A DNA stretch of 60,979 bases, taken from a virus. Of this stretch, positions 44,307 to 52,158 are shown in pieces. The first letter of the stretch is position 1. Every line of letters starts with the position of its first letter. The notes below the pieces were generated by a model. The model made no database searches. It had not been told where the DNA came from and worked only from the letters and a program-made list of their open reading frames with translations. The position numbers were made by a program, and so were the translations under genes. The DNA lies in IMG/VR virus record IMGVR_UViG_3300027904_000002, positions 1 to 60,979 of that record; one strand, written 5' to 3'.

Positions 44307-45464
44307 ATGAAAAGTACACGTTATTGGCAGACACCTAATATCAGCATATTAGACCATAGTGAAGCAAAACTTCCAGATGAGGAAACGGTATATGCGGAGG
44401 TTAATCCTCGCAGTATCACAGAAGCATTACAAAGTCTTGGTATACCTGTTAATAGTTGCGGAATGAGTAGTACACCATCAAGCATAATTTACAGTTACCG
44501 CTTATGTGATTTAAGGCATTGGAGTAAACTGCAAAAAGCCATCGAACCTTTATCGGCAAGGCTGAACAAAAATATAATTTTTACGTCATCAGAAATCGGA
44601 GATTTTGCCTTAGCAATAAGCAGAGAGAAGCGGTCATGGGTAAATTTAAAATCCTGTCTATTAGCAAAAACCGATTTTACGGATGATTGCACATTGTCGG
44701 ACTTTGCAAGAGCAGGAAAACAATCAGATATGACCGCAATTTTGGGTTACGGTCAAAAACCGCTGATTATAGACATAGCAGACGCACCACATATTTTAGC
44801 CGGTGGTGTTTCGGGAAGTGGTAAAAGCACCCTATTGCATACAATGTTATGTTCACTCATGTTTAATGCAACGCCCGCCACTCTCGGCATGATAATGATT
44901 GACGTAAAAAAGGTGGAACTCTCGCAATATAGAAATGTTAAGTTTTTAGAACGTCCGATAATTACAGACGCAGTTGAAGCAACAATGGCTCTTGAACAGA
45001 TTTGTCAAGTAATGGAGCAACGCTATGAGGACATTTTAAACGGTAAACCGATAACAAAACGCATTTTAATTGTGATAGATGAGTTGACAGATGCTATCAT
45101 GATTGGTGGCGATATGTTTAAAAGACATTTAACCAGAATATCACAAATGGGTAGAGGTTGTGGCTTGCACTTGTTATGTTGCACTCAAAATCCTTTGGCA
45201 AAAGTGTGCGATACACTTATCCGCTCAAACTTCAATGCACGTATCGGATTATCAGTTAAAGAGCCTAACACCGCAAGAGTTGTCGGAGTTGTCGGATGCG
45301 ACCGCTTGCAAGGCAAGGGCGATGCTCTTTGGCAGTCGAATGACCATACTAAACTTCCAGAGCGTTTTCAAGTTGCGTGGACTTCCGCAGATGACATAAA
45401 GGCTATAACTGAATATTGGTCATCAAATGCATGTATCAAAGAGGTTGCGGAAGATGTTGCATAA
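44307..45464 (+). CDS. FtsK/SpoIIIE-family DNA translocase-like ATPase
   Basis: 385 aa. Walker A GGVSGSGKSTLLH, Walker B RILIVIDELTD, and GLHLLCCTQNP. Confidence 0.75.
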   Translation: MKSTRYWQTPNISILDHSEAKLPDEETVYAEVNPRSITEALQSLGIPVNSCGMSSTPSSIIYSYRLCDLRHWSKLQKAIEPLSARLNKNIIFTSSEIGDFALAISREKRSWVNLKSCLLAKTDFTDDCTLSDFARAGKQSDMTAILGYGQKPLIIDIADAPHILAGGVSGSGKSTLLHTMLCSLMFNATPATLGMIMIDVKKVELSQYRNVKFLERPIITDAVEATMALEQICQVMEQRYEDILNGKPITKRILIVIDELTDAIMIGGDMFKRHLTRISQMGRGCGLHLLCCTQNPLAKVCDTLIRSNFNARIGLSVKEPNTARVVGVVGCDRLQGKGDALWQSNDHTKLPERFQVAWTSADDIKAITEYWSSNACIKEVAEDVA

Positions 45465-45485
45465 TCTATGAATATATGTTATAAT
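45457..45485 (+). promoter_or_regulatory. Promoter of the HNH-AP2 cassette
   Basis: TTGCAT (45457-45462), 17 nt, TGtTATAAT (-10 at 45480-45485). Confidence 0.65.
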
Positions 45486-45495
45486 AGGTTATGCA

Positions 45496-45586
45496 ACTAC
45501 CACTTGCAAAAAACTTAATTCAGCTAATAGGTCTGATTTTGTTAATTCTCGATAGTGGTAGTATTGGGAAAAGCAATTTCAGACCT
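45496..45586 (+). promoter_or_regulatory. Structured leader with interleaved (pseudoknot-topology) helices
   Basis: S1 is actaccact (45496-45504) / agtggtagt (45554-45562). S2 is aggtctga (45529-45536) / tcagacct (45579-45586). Confidence 0.45.
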
Positions 45587-45608
45587 TAAAGCATATTAAG
45601 GAGAAATT

Positions 45609-46370
45609 ATGAGAAACAAAGACCCCAGATTTATTGACAGAACGGGCGAAACAAAAATCCAAAACAGTAGCGGAATAAATGCAACAATAATCGCATATCG
45701 CAATAACAAAAGCATTGATGTTGAGTTTGACACAGGGCAAATTGTCAAAAACAAACGATATACTGACTTTTGTAAAGGGTTAATTAGATGTCCTGTAAAA
45801 ATTGAGATTGTTGACGATTATGCAGTTATAACAAATGTAAACACGGATAGCGAAACTGTTTTTACGATTGACATCGAAGATATACCGCTCGTTGAGGGTA
45901 AGCATTTTCGCATAAATCCAAAAGGATATGTAATAGCAGGACATAAGCCTATTAAACTGCTTCATAGGTTGATAATGAACGTACCGCATAACGCCATTAT
46001 CGACCATGCCGATATGAATACTTTGAACAATTGCAAAAGCAATCTTAGAATTTGCGATAGGTCTAAAAACGGAATGAATAGAAAATCACCAAAAAGCAAC
46101 ACTTCGGGATATAAGGGTGTAATATTTCATAAAAATTATTGGAACGCTCAAATATCCGCAAGCGGAAAGCACATATACTTAGGCAATTTCAAACACAAAG
46201 AAGCTGCCGCATATGCGTACAACTTTATGGCAAAACAGCTACACAAAGAATTTGCACAGCTTAACACCGTAACAAATCCACCATCCGAAGCGATTGCCGA
46301 ATTTAAAGCATGGCTTATCAAAAAAGGCTACGACACACAAATAATTGAAAGTGAAATGGAGAGAATATGA
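45609..46370 (+). CDS. HNH homing endonuclease with a C-terminal AP2 domain
   Basis: HRLIMNVPHNAIIDHADMNTLNNCKSNLRICDRSKN, then TSGYKGVIFHKNYWNAQISASGKHIYLGNFKHKEAAAYAYN. Confidence 0.8.
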   Translation: MRNKDPRFIDRTGETKIQNSSGINATIIAYRNNKSIDVEFDTGQIVKNKRYTDFCKGLIRCPVKIEIVDDYAVITNVNTDSETVFTIDIEDIPLVEGKHFRINPKGYVIAGHKPIKLLHRLIMNVPHNAIIDHADMNTLNNCKSNLRICDRSKNGMNRKSPKSNTSGYKGVIFHKNYWNAQISASGKHIYLGNFKHKEAAAYAYNFMAKQLHKEFAQLNTVTNPPSEAIAEFKAWLIKKGYDTQIIESEMERI

Positions 46371-46537
46371 TATACACTAAAGAACTATACGAATGTCAAG
46401 AGCGGTTAATCACTTCCCTTGAAGAAAAAATCAAGATTAATGAGGAATACATTACCCACCTTGAGCGACTTGTTACTGAATTGCAAAGTCAAAAGCAGCG
46501 TGAACAAAAATACAGAAACATGAAAGGAAAATATTAA
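46367..46537 (+). CDS. Small coiled-coil ORF (56 aa)
   Basis: The ATG overlaps the upstream TGA (ATGA). MIYTKELYECQERLITSLEEKIKINEEYITHLERL... Below the ORF-track cutoff. Confidence 0.5.
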   Translation: MIYTKELYECQERLITSLEEKIKINEEYITHLERLVTELQSQKQREQKYRNMKGKY

Positions 46538-46538
46538 T

Positions 46539-46784
46539 ATGTCAGAGTTTGAATATACATGCGAAACTGTATTAAAATGCGAATATATGGGTGAAACCTT
46601 TTTAATCAACAAAAAGCAGCAGTGCCCTAACGTAATATACTTTGAATTTGCAATAGCAAAACCCGATGAACGATGCGATTGTCCTGTCGGTTGTTATGAT
46701 AATTTCAATATAGCCTTAAACAAAATGACCGACTATATCAAAGAAATGAACTGGAAAAAGGGGTGTTATCAATGGAAAACATAG
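46539..46784 (+). CDS. Hypothetical small protein
   Basis: 81-aa ORF starting 1 nt after the previous stop. Confidence 0.65.
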   Translation: MSEFEYTCETVLKCEYMGETFLINKKQQCPNVIYFEFAIAKPDERCDCPVGCYDNFNIALNKMTDYIKEMNWKKGCYQWKT

Positions 46785-47131
46785 GGCTTTTAAACTATCA
46801 ATCAATCCAAATGCCACAAGAACGCACAGACCACAACACCTATTGTTGTATCTGTGACAAGCTAGACGAAACTGACGAATGTACCAAAATAGATGGGGAG
46901 TGGTATTGCGAGTCTTGCAGGGATAACCTGTTCAACTATTGCGAAAATTGCGAGAAATATTTTACTGACGATTATACCCACAAAATACAGCCTACAGAAG
47001 ATGATTATGAAAACGGAATCACGAAACCACACTATCTTTGTGACGAGTGTTACGAATTGAGTCATGAAATGCAAAGCTATTACGCCACAAGAAAACATGG
47101 AGAAAGTTATGAGGAATGGTGTTATGGATAA
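46772..47131 (+). CDS. Cys-rich zinc-ribbon-like protein
   Basis: ATG 46772 follows aaaaagggg. CCICDK...CESCRDNLFNYCENCEKY...CDECYE. Confidence 0.65.
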   Translation: MENIGLLNYQSIQMPQERTDHNTYCCICDKLDETDECTKIDGEWYCESCRDNLFNYCENCEKYFTDDYTHKIQPTEDDYENGITKPHYLCDECYELSHEMQSYYATRKHGESYEEWCYG

Positions 47132-47327
47132 CATTGTCGAAACCACCTACAACGGACACAAATACATGATATGGCAACAAGGCGGTTTGTATGCACTTTC
47201 CGCTTGCAGCATTGATTCCGAATTTGGGAACAAAGTAAATTCATACGCAACCATTAAAGAAGCATTAGACACAATCACAGACATAATAGCACCACAGCAA
47301 AGCGAGGACAAGAACAATGTGGAATGA
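47124..47327 (+). CDS. Hypothetical small protein
   Basis: ATG 47124 overlaps the upstream stop (MDNIVETTYNGHKYMIWQQGG...). Confidence 0.55.
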   Translation: MDNIVETTYNGHKYMIWQQGGLYALSACSIDSEFGNKVNSYATIKEALDTITDIIAPQQSEDKNNVE

Positions 47328-47517
47328 TATAAATAAAAAGTTGCCCGATTCCGACATTGCAGCAATTGTCCATGCAAACAATACCTTTTACACTGCAAGA
47401 TTTGTCACAAAAGATATGCGTTTTGCCAACTTTAGCCACTATATCGACCACAAAGAAATGACACACTGGATGGAAATACCACCATTGCCAGAAGAAACGG
47501 AGGAAAACAACCAATGA
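47317..47517 (+). CDS. DUF551-like small protein
   Basis: MWNDINKKLPDSD...MTHWMEIPPLPEE matches the DUF551 hallmark (W..lP...THWmplP.pP). Confidence 0.55.
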   Translation: MWNDINKKLPDSDIAAIVHANNTFYTARFVTKDMRFANFSHYIDHKEMTHWMEIPPLPEETEENNQ

Positions 47518-47723
47518 ACGAATTTGAAATATCGTGGAAAGACAAAGTGAGAGATATTAAGGAATTGTCGGGCATGACATTAGAGGAAATGGAAACCGCT
47601 TCGGGCATAAGTATGCACACAATCAAGTCTTGGATATATGGCGAAAAGACAGCTAAACCGTATAATCAAGACGGTTTATTGTACCGATTGCGAAAACATT
47701 GCGTCACAAGGAGAACACCATGA
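47514..47723 (+). CDS. Small HTH (XRE-like) protein
   Basis: IKELSGMTLEEMETASGISMHTIKSWIYGEK. Confidence 0.55.
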   Translation: MNEFEISWKDKVRDIKELSGMTLEEMETASGISMHTIKSWIYGEKTAKPYNQDGLLYRLRKHCVTRRTP

Positions 47724-47950
47724 ACAAAACCGACAAACAATATATCGAATACCTTGAACGCAAATTGCAAAATCTTGAGTGGCTACTTGCAGAATTTATC
47801 GGCGGAGTGCAAGAACACCTACCTGATACGCACAAAACACCCCACAATCCCACTGACGCACCCAAACGCACTATACCCGTAATAGATATAGCCGATGTGC
47901 CGAAGCTGATAGAACGCAGGGAAATGGCTCAGAAAGCAGGTAACAAATGA
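47720..47950 (+). CDS. Hypothetical small protein
   Basis: ATG 47720 follows ggagaacacc and overlaps the upstream TGA. Confidence 0.6.
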   Translation: MNKTDKQYIEYLERKLQNLEWLLAEFIGGVQEHLPDTHKTPHNPTDAPKRTIPVIDIADVPKLIERREMAQKAGNK

Positions 47951-48177
47951 ACGGACTATCTGAAAAACAAAAAGAATATCTTAATGCTAAAAAAACCAAA
48001 AAGAAAACCTGTCCTATGTACTCAATACATAATCGAATAACCAATGAATGTTCCGAAGATAGTTGTGCATGGTATAACGACCATTGGAAACAATGTTCCA
48101 TTCTTGACATTTCACAATCGCTTAACGGAATAAACGAGGGTATTGACTCCATCAGAAACTCAGTTTATAGACCATAG
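47947..48177 (+). CDS. Hypothetical small protein, last gene of the plus-strand block
   Basis: 76-aa ORF with a 4-nt overlap with the upstream gene. Confidence 0.6.
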   Translation: MNGLSEKQKEYLNAKKTKKKTCPMYSIHNRITNECSEDSCAWYNDHWKQCSILDISQSLNGINEGIDSIRNSVYRP

Positions 48178-48183
48178 CAAACT

Positions 48184-48227
48184 GACCGCTCGGCAGTCCT
48201 TACGGATTGTCGGGCGGTCTTTTTTTG
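48184..48227 (+). terminator. Rho-independent terminator of the plus-strand early block
   Basis: Imperfect 12-bp stem gaccgctcggca / tgtcgggcggtc, followed by ttttttt (48220-48227). Confidence 0.65.
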
Positions 48228-48414
48228 CGTTCACAGCACTTTTCGGTCAGCCTGTAGCAATATTTGACTTGTTACAGCTACTTTTCAACCTCTTTTGGCG
48301 GTGGTGGTTTGTCGGCTTGCCTACGCAATCGGCATTTCCGTTTACAGATACAAGGCAGACCGCTACTCCATGAATCCTGTTTCAAACACATCTTGTCGGG
48401 ATTTATCATAGCTG

Positions 48415-49132
48415 TCACCTAAATAAACTCATTTGAGATAATTCAGCGTCAACACGCTCTTTACCCAAGTTAAAATAATATTCATCACGTTCAATTCCAA
48501 CATACTTGAAACCTGTTTTAATGCAAGCGATAATAGAACTTGCCGAGCCAAAATGTGTATCGAGGATAATGTTACCCTCTTTAGCATAATTATTCAATAA
48601 CCAGATATATAAATTGACAGGTTTCTGATTCGGATGTTGACGTTTTTCTTTATTTTTCATATCCTGCTGTAACATTCCATTCCATTTGTAGCGGAATATT
48701 CTTACTGCAGATTTGAATGAAGTCCATGCCAACTCGCAGTCGGCAAAATCATTAGCTTCGTTTACTTTATCCCAAACAATCCAACATGGACTATCAATCG
48801 GAAACCTGCTGATAAGATGATTCGCACCCCATATGATGAAATGTCTTGATACCCTAAACAACTCGTCAAAATACTCTTGGGGGGGGAGCAATATCGCCAC
48901 CGTCATACGCTTTATATTCTCGGCAATATGCCGCTGCATTACTCAATGATTGTTTGCCCTCAAAATGTGGTTGCTTACCCCTTGTAATCGCTTTGCTACC
49001 GTCCTCGCCTATTCCGTAGGGTGTTCAAGTGTCAATGATTGCTAAATCGAAAAACTTGTTAGGAACGCTCGGTAAAATATCCATACAATCTGAATTTATT
49101 AACTGACTTTCAAAATTAACATCATTGAACAT
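48415..49132 (-). pseudogene. Beta-class N6/N4 DNA methyltransferase, disrupted by an in-frame TGA and a G8/C8-tract frameshift
   Basis: ATG 49132 (SD aggagg) gives MFNDVNFESQLINSDCMDILPSVPNKFFDLAIIDT, then TGA (49025-49027), then TPYGIGEDG... The frame then shifts at the C8 run (plus-strand G8 at 48880-48887) into PPQEYFDELFRVSRHFIIWGAN...HPNQKP...DTHFGSASS. Confidence 0.75.
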
Positions 49133-49307
49133 CTTGCACCACCTCCTTCTTAAACGGACAATACTCCATATCTGGCATTACTCTCTTGCCACCCTCAAAC
49201 ATATCGCAGTTAGCTTCACCCATGCACTCAAAGGTTATGCACATCACACCGTCAATTTCTTTAGTACAAATCTGGCTGTCATTAGTACATATTGTCATTT
49301 TTCGCAC
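49122..49307 (-). CDS. Cys-rich small protein
   Basis: 61-aa ORF. Its end overlaps the methyltransferase start. Confidence 0.6.
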   Translation of the reverse strand: MRKMTICTNDSQICTKEIDGVMCITFECMGEANCDMFEGGKRVMPDMEYCPFKKEVVQDVQ

Positions 49308-49365
49308 CGCCCCTATTATTTAGTTAATCTTGAATGTTTGTTTTGCTATAGTGCAGATTTTAAGT

Positions 49366-49920
49366 TTAAGTAGTGTCGCTTTCATACTTCCATATATATC
49401 CCCCTGCGTGTTTATGTTTCCCCCCTGCACATTCAACTATATTAGACAATGGTATTTTATTGATTTCACTTGCTTCAGTTGCAGAACAATATCTTTTTAC
49501 ATAATTTTCATTAACGTCAAATTGCAAAATTGGTCTTGATTTTGCTTTTGATATTTTTTTACTTCTCAATTTACCGTACCTTATATTTTCTAAAAATGTC
49601 ATCCATTCTAAATTTTCAACATTGTTATTTGTTTTCAATTCGTCTATATGATTGACAGTTTCTTTATTAAACGGATTTGATATAAATGCTTGTGCAACAA
49701 GTCTGTGTACCTTAAATGTTTTAACTTTTCCCTCTTTGCATAAATGAACTACTAAATATCCACAATAATCTAAACGCTGAACAAGAAGTTTCTCATTGAG
49801 TTTTATTTTTGCATTACCCTTTCCTCGTTTTATTCGTTCTAAACTTTTAACATTCCCATAGTTACTAACTTGATAATATCCCTCATATCCCTCAATATCT
49901 TTCCATTTTTCATTATTCAT
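49366..49920 (-). CDS. HNH homing endonuclease (NUMOD4-like plus HNH_3)
   Basis: ATG 49920. NNEKWKDIEGYEGYYQVSNYGNVKS and HRLVAQAFISNPFNKETVNHIDELKTNNNVENLEWMT. Confidence 0.8.
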   Translation of the reverse strand: MNNEKWKDIEGYEGYYQVSNYGNVKSLERIKRGKGNAKIKLNEKLLVQRLDYCGYLVVHLCKEGKVKTFKVHRLVAQAFISNPFNKETVNHIDELKTNNNVENLEWMTFLENIRYGKLRSKKISKAKSRPILQFDVNENYVKRYCSATEASEINKIPLSNIVECAGGKHKHAGGYIWKYESDTT

Positions 49921-50027
49921 AAAATTAACCCCTTTGCTCACAATTATTACGTTGGGTCAAGCAACGTCATATCTGCAAACAAAAGGGATTAACACAATGC
50001 AAAATGCGTACTTGACCTACGCACCCC

Positions 50028-50057
50028 TATTGTACCACAAATAGCCATAATTGTCAA
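50028..50057 (-). promoter_or_regulatory. Promoter of the 49366..49920 HNH cassette
   Basis: On the minus strand: TTGACA (50057-50052), 18 nt, TGgTACAAT (-10 at 50033-50028). The leader has stems tgcgta/tacgca and acgttg/caacgt and a long-range pair ggtcaag/cttgacc. Confidence 0.6.
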
Positions 50058-50108
50058 CTAAATCTATGGGAATGTCAAGACATTTTAACACTAAATGTTG
50101 TGGGATAA

Positions 50109-50375
50109 CTATACATTCTGTATAATCTTATAAACTGATTTTGTCGGAAACTCTGGGTCATTTTCCTCCATGTGTTTAAGTCCGCAGACGAGTACCTTTG
50201 GACAACCACTTGCAGACTTCACACGCAACATTTGTCCTTTTTCAATAGTGCCTATAAGGTTGTCGGGGATAAGCCAATGCAATTTACGTTTGCTTATTCT
50301 CATAACACCCTTATCGTTGACTTTGAAGTGGCAACATTCGACCACATTCGCCACGCTCTCAGACTTCTTTGCCAT
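50109..50375 (-). CDS. Hypothetical small protein
   Basis: ATG 50375 follows aaggag (10-nt spacer). It lies within ORF 50109..50399. Confidence 0.6.
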   Translation of the reverse strand: MAKKSESVANVVECCHFKVNDKGVMRISKRKLHWLIPDNLIGTIEKGQMLRVKSASGCPKVLVCGLKHMEENDPEFPTKSVYKIIQNV

Positions 50376-50754
50376 GTTGGTCACGCTCCTTGCGTTCAAA
50401 ATTAAAGCAATTTATTCTGCACCAATCGCCTAAAGGTGGTTGTATGTTACAATCTTTTTTCTTAGCACAATCGTTACAACTTGGTAACTGTGATATGCGT
50501 TGCGAGTGTAGTTTGAAACCGCAGTTATCGCATTTATTTTTGGAATCGCTATCATATTTGCCATTTAGTTGTCTAACATCAATCACAGCATTAAGTGTAC
50601 CACCCTCGATATTGTCAACGGTTAAAGTGTAGTCAATGTTTCCGTATCTCTCATGCACTATTGCCATAATCTCTTTAAGCATAAACAATCTTGCTGACTT
50701 TTCTCCGCTCCAATTACCCAAATCCTCTAAACTTTTAATAGGTCTGTTTGCCAT
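50359..50754 (-). CDS. Hypothetical protein with a C-terminal Cys cluster
   Basis: ATG 50754 follows aaggagcgtgattgagc. CDNCGF...CNDCAKKKDC. Confidence 0.65.
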   Translation of the reverse strand: MANRPIKSLEDLGNWSGEKSARLFMLKEIMAIVHERYGNIDYTLTVDNIEGGTLNAVIDVRQLNGKYDSDSKNKCDNCGFKLHSQRISQLPSCNDCAKKKDCNIQPPLGDWCRINCFNFERKERDQHGKEV

Positions 50755-50756
50755 GC

Positions 50757-50942
50757 TCAATCACGCTCCTTACAACCACATTCAACCGTTACGTGTATCG
50801 GCTGTTGGTGTTCCTCTATAATTCTTTCAGCTTCTTTCACTTTAGCAATTCCGTCAAGCGTAAAAACCACTATCATTATAACAAATACACCTATTAAAAT
50901 ACCCGTGACTACCGAACCTACCGTATCCCAATTTATTTTCAT
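50757..50942 (-). CDS. Small single-TM protein
   Basis: VGSVVTGILIGVFVIMIVVFTL. Confidence 0.6.
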   Translation of the reverse strand: MKINWDTVGSVVTGILIGVFVIMIVVFTLDGIAKVKEAERIIEEHQQPIHVTVECGCKERD

Positions 50943-50944
50943 GC

Positions 50945-51265
50945 TCATATCTCCTTTGGTGTTGTATCTCTGATTTTTATAATTTGTTCATCTGTAAAAA
51001 AGTTTTCGGGTTTAAGTGCTTCTTTGATAATGTTTTTTAAGTCAACATATCCGACTTTAGTATATGCAGGTGTTCCATCGTAATACGGTTTACTGAAGCT
51101 ATCTGTATAAAATGACTGCCTTTCGTGTTTAACAACACCGTTGATGGCTTGTACGGTTTCTGAATATGTGCCATGATTTTTAATAAAGATAAAATATCTA
51201 CCCTCTGGGTGTCCTGCCCACTTATTTAACACAATGTCACCACATCTAAACGGTGTTTTTGCCAT
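50945..51265 (-). CDS. Hypothetical protein
   Basis: ORF 50945..51271. The second ATG has better SD spacing. Confidence 0.65.
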   Translation of the reverse strand: MAKTPFRCGDIVLNKWAGHPEGRYFIFIKNHGTYSETVQAINGVVKHERQSFYTDSFSKPYYDGTPAYTKVGYVDLKNIIKEALKPENFFTDEQIIKIRDTTPKEI

Positions 51266-51389
51266 GCTCATGTCTCCTTTTCATTTTAAGGGCAATTCTC
51301 GCCACTCTGTTGCGTTTTGTTGTCGCCCATACACTTTCACGCCAACAATGCCGAAAACGTCATACGGGCTATTATTTGCGGTATTTTGA

Positions 51390-51743
51390 CTATTCTATGA
51401 CTTTCTGCTTGCTAATGACAAAATGATTGCAAGTCGGACATCTTGAGGTTACAAAAAAGTTTTGCATATTTCCGTCTTTGTCTCTGCCCGAATCAGTACC
51501 CCTTAAACGCTCTGGTATTTGTCGCAGTGGTACAATAAATTCTGCATTACATAACTCACATAAAAAGTGGTATCGGACATTATTGCCCTCTCTGATTGTG
51601 TATGCTCCATGTTTTTTATTATGTACTTCAAGATATTCTCTAAGTTGTTCGCCTTTTTGTTCTTGAGTCATCATATTTTTCGGTGGTGGAAACATCTCTT
51701 TTTCAAGTTCCTCAATAGCTGATTTCTTTTTAAACCATTTCAT
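51390..51743 (-). CDS. Zinc-ribbon-like protein
   Basis: 117 aa. CELCNAEF ... RCPTCNHF. Confidence 0.65.
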   Translation of the reverse strand: MKWFKKKSAIEELEKEMFPPPKNMMTQEQKGEQLREYLEVHNKKHGAYTIREGNNVRYHFLCELCNAEFIVPLRQIPERLRGTDSGRDKDGNMQNFFVTSRCPTCNHFVISKQKVIE

Positions 51744-52123
51744 TATTCTATCTCCAAATAATCCTTTATAATGTTTATTGCTTGGTCATATCCACGACAA
51801 GTAGCAACCCTGTACCCTTGTTCACTTAACGCATTAAGCCACCATACCTGTTCTTTTGAAACAACTCCACCTTTAAGACGTTTCATTTCAATGAATAAAC
51901 CGTGATAGCCTTTTCTCGCAACAGCTAACATTAAATCGGGTACACCTTTTTTTAATCCCTCTGCTTTGAACATACCACTTGCAGCTTTACTTTTATAAGT
52001 ACCGTTGGGAATCGCAAAGAGCATTTTCAATTCGGGGTGCTGAAGTTCATGCCATAACGCCCATTCAACAACCGCTTTTTGCTCCTGATGTTCTGTTGGA
52101 ATTATTACCCCATTGTGTATCAT
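51743..52123 (-). CDS. VRR-NUC domain nuclease
   Basis: ATG 52123 follows aaggagaaaaag. EHQEQKAVVEWA...GVPDLMLAVARKGYHGLFIEMKRLKGG...EQVWWLNAL fits the PD-(D/E)xK VRR-NUC pattern. Confidence 0.75.
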   Translation of the reverse strand: MIHNGVIIPTEHQEQKAVVEWALWHELQHPELKMLFAIPNGTYKSKAASGMFKAEGLKKGVPDLMLAVARKGYHGLFIEMKRLKGGVVSKEQVWWLNALSEQGYRVATCRGYDQAINIIKDYLEIE

Positions 52124-52158
52124 CTTTTTCTCCTTACTCGGTGGCAGGAATGGGCTTC

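Noticed and set aside
48228-48414. ORF 48143..48373 (+) and possible function of the gap between the early block and the methyltransferase.
   Set aside because: The ORF spans a strong terminator and has no SD. I found no clear motif in the gap, so there is nothing I can support.
49025-49027. The in-frame TGA in the methyltransferase as evidence of TGA recoding (genetic code 4 or selenocysteine).
   Set aside because: TGA clearly terminates other genes with coupled downstream starts, for example 1641-1643, 46368-46370 and 47721-47723. The residue would fall inside the DPPY motif, where Trp is not expected.
50942-51271. The identical ATGAGCATG (Met-Ser-Met) start context shared by 36536, 50948 and 51271 (with TTGAGCATG at 50760) as a regulatory motif.
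   Set aside because: It is most simply explained by SD spacing that favours the second ATG and by local sequence relatedness among the small genes. It is too short to support a function.
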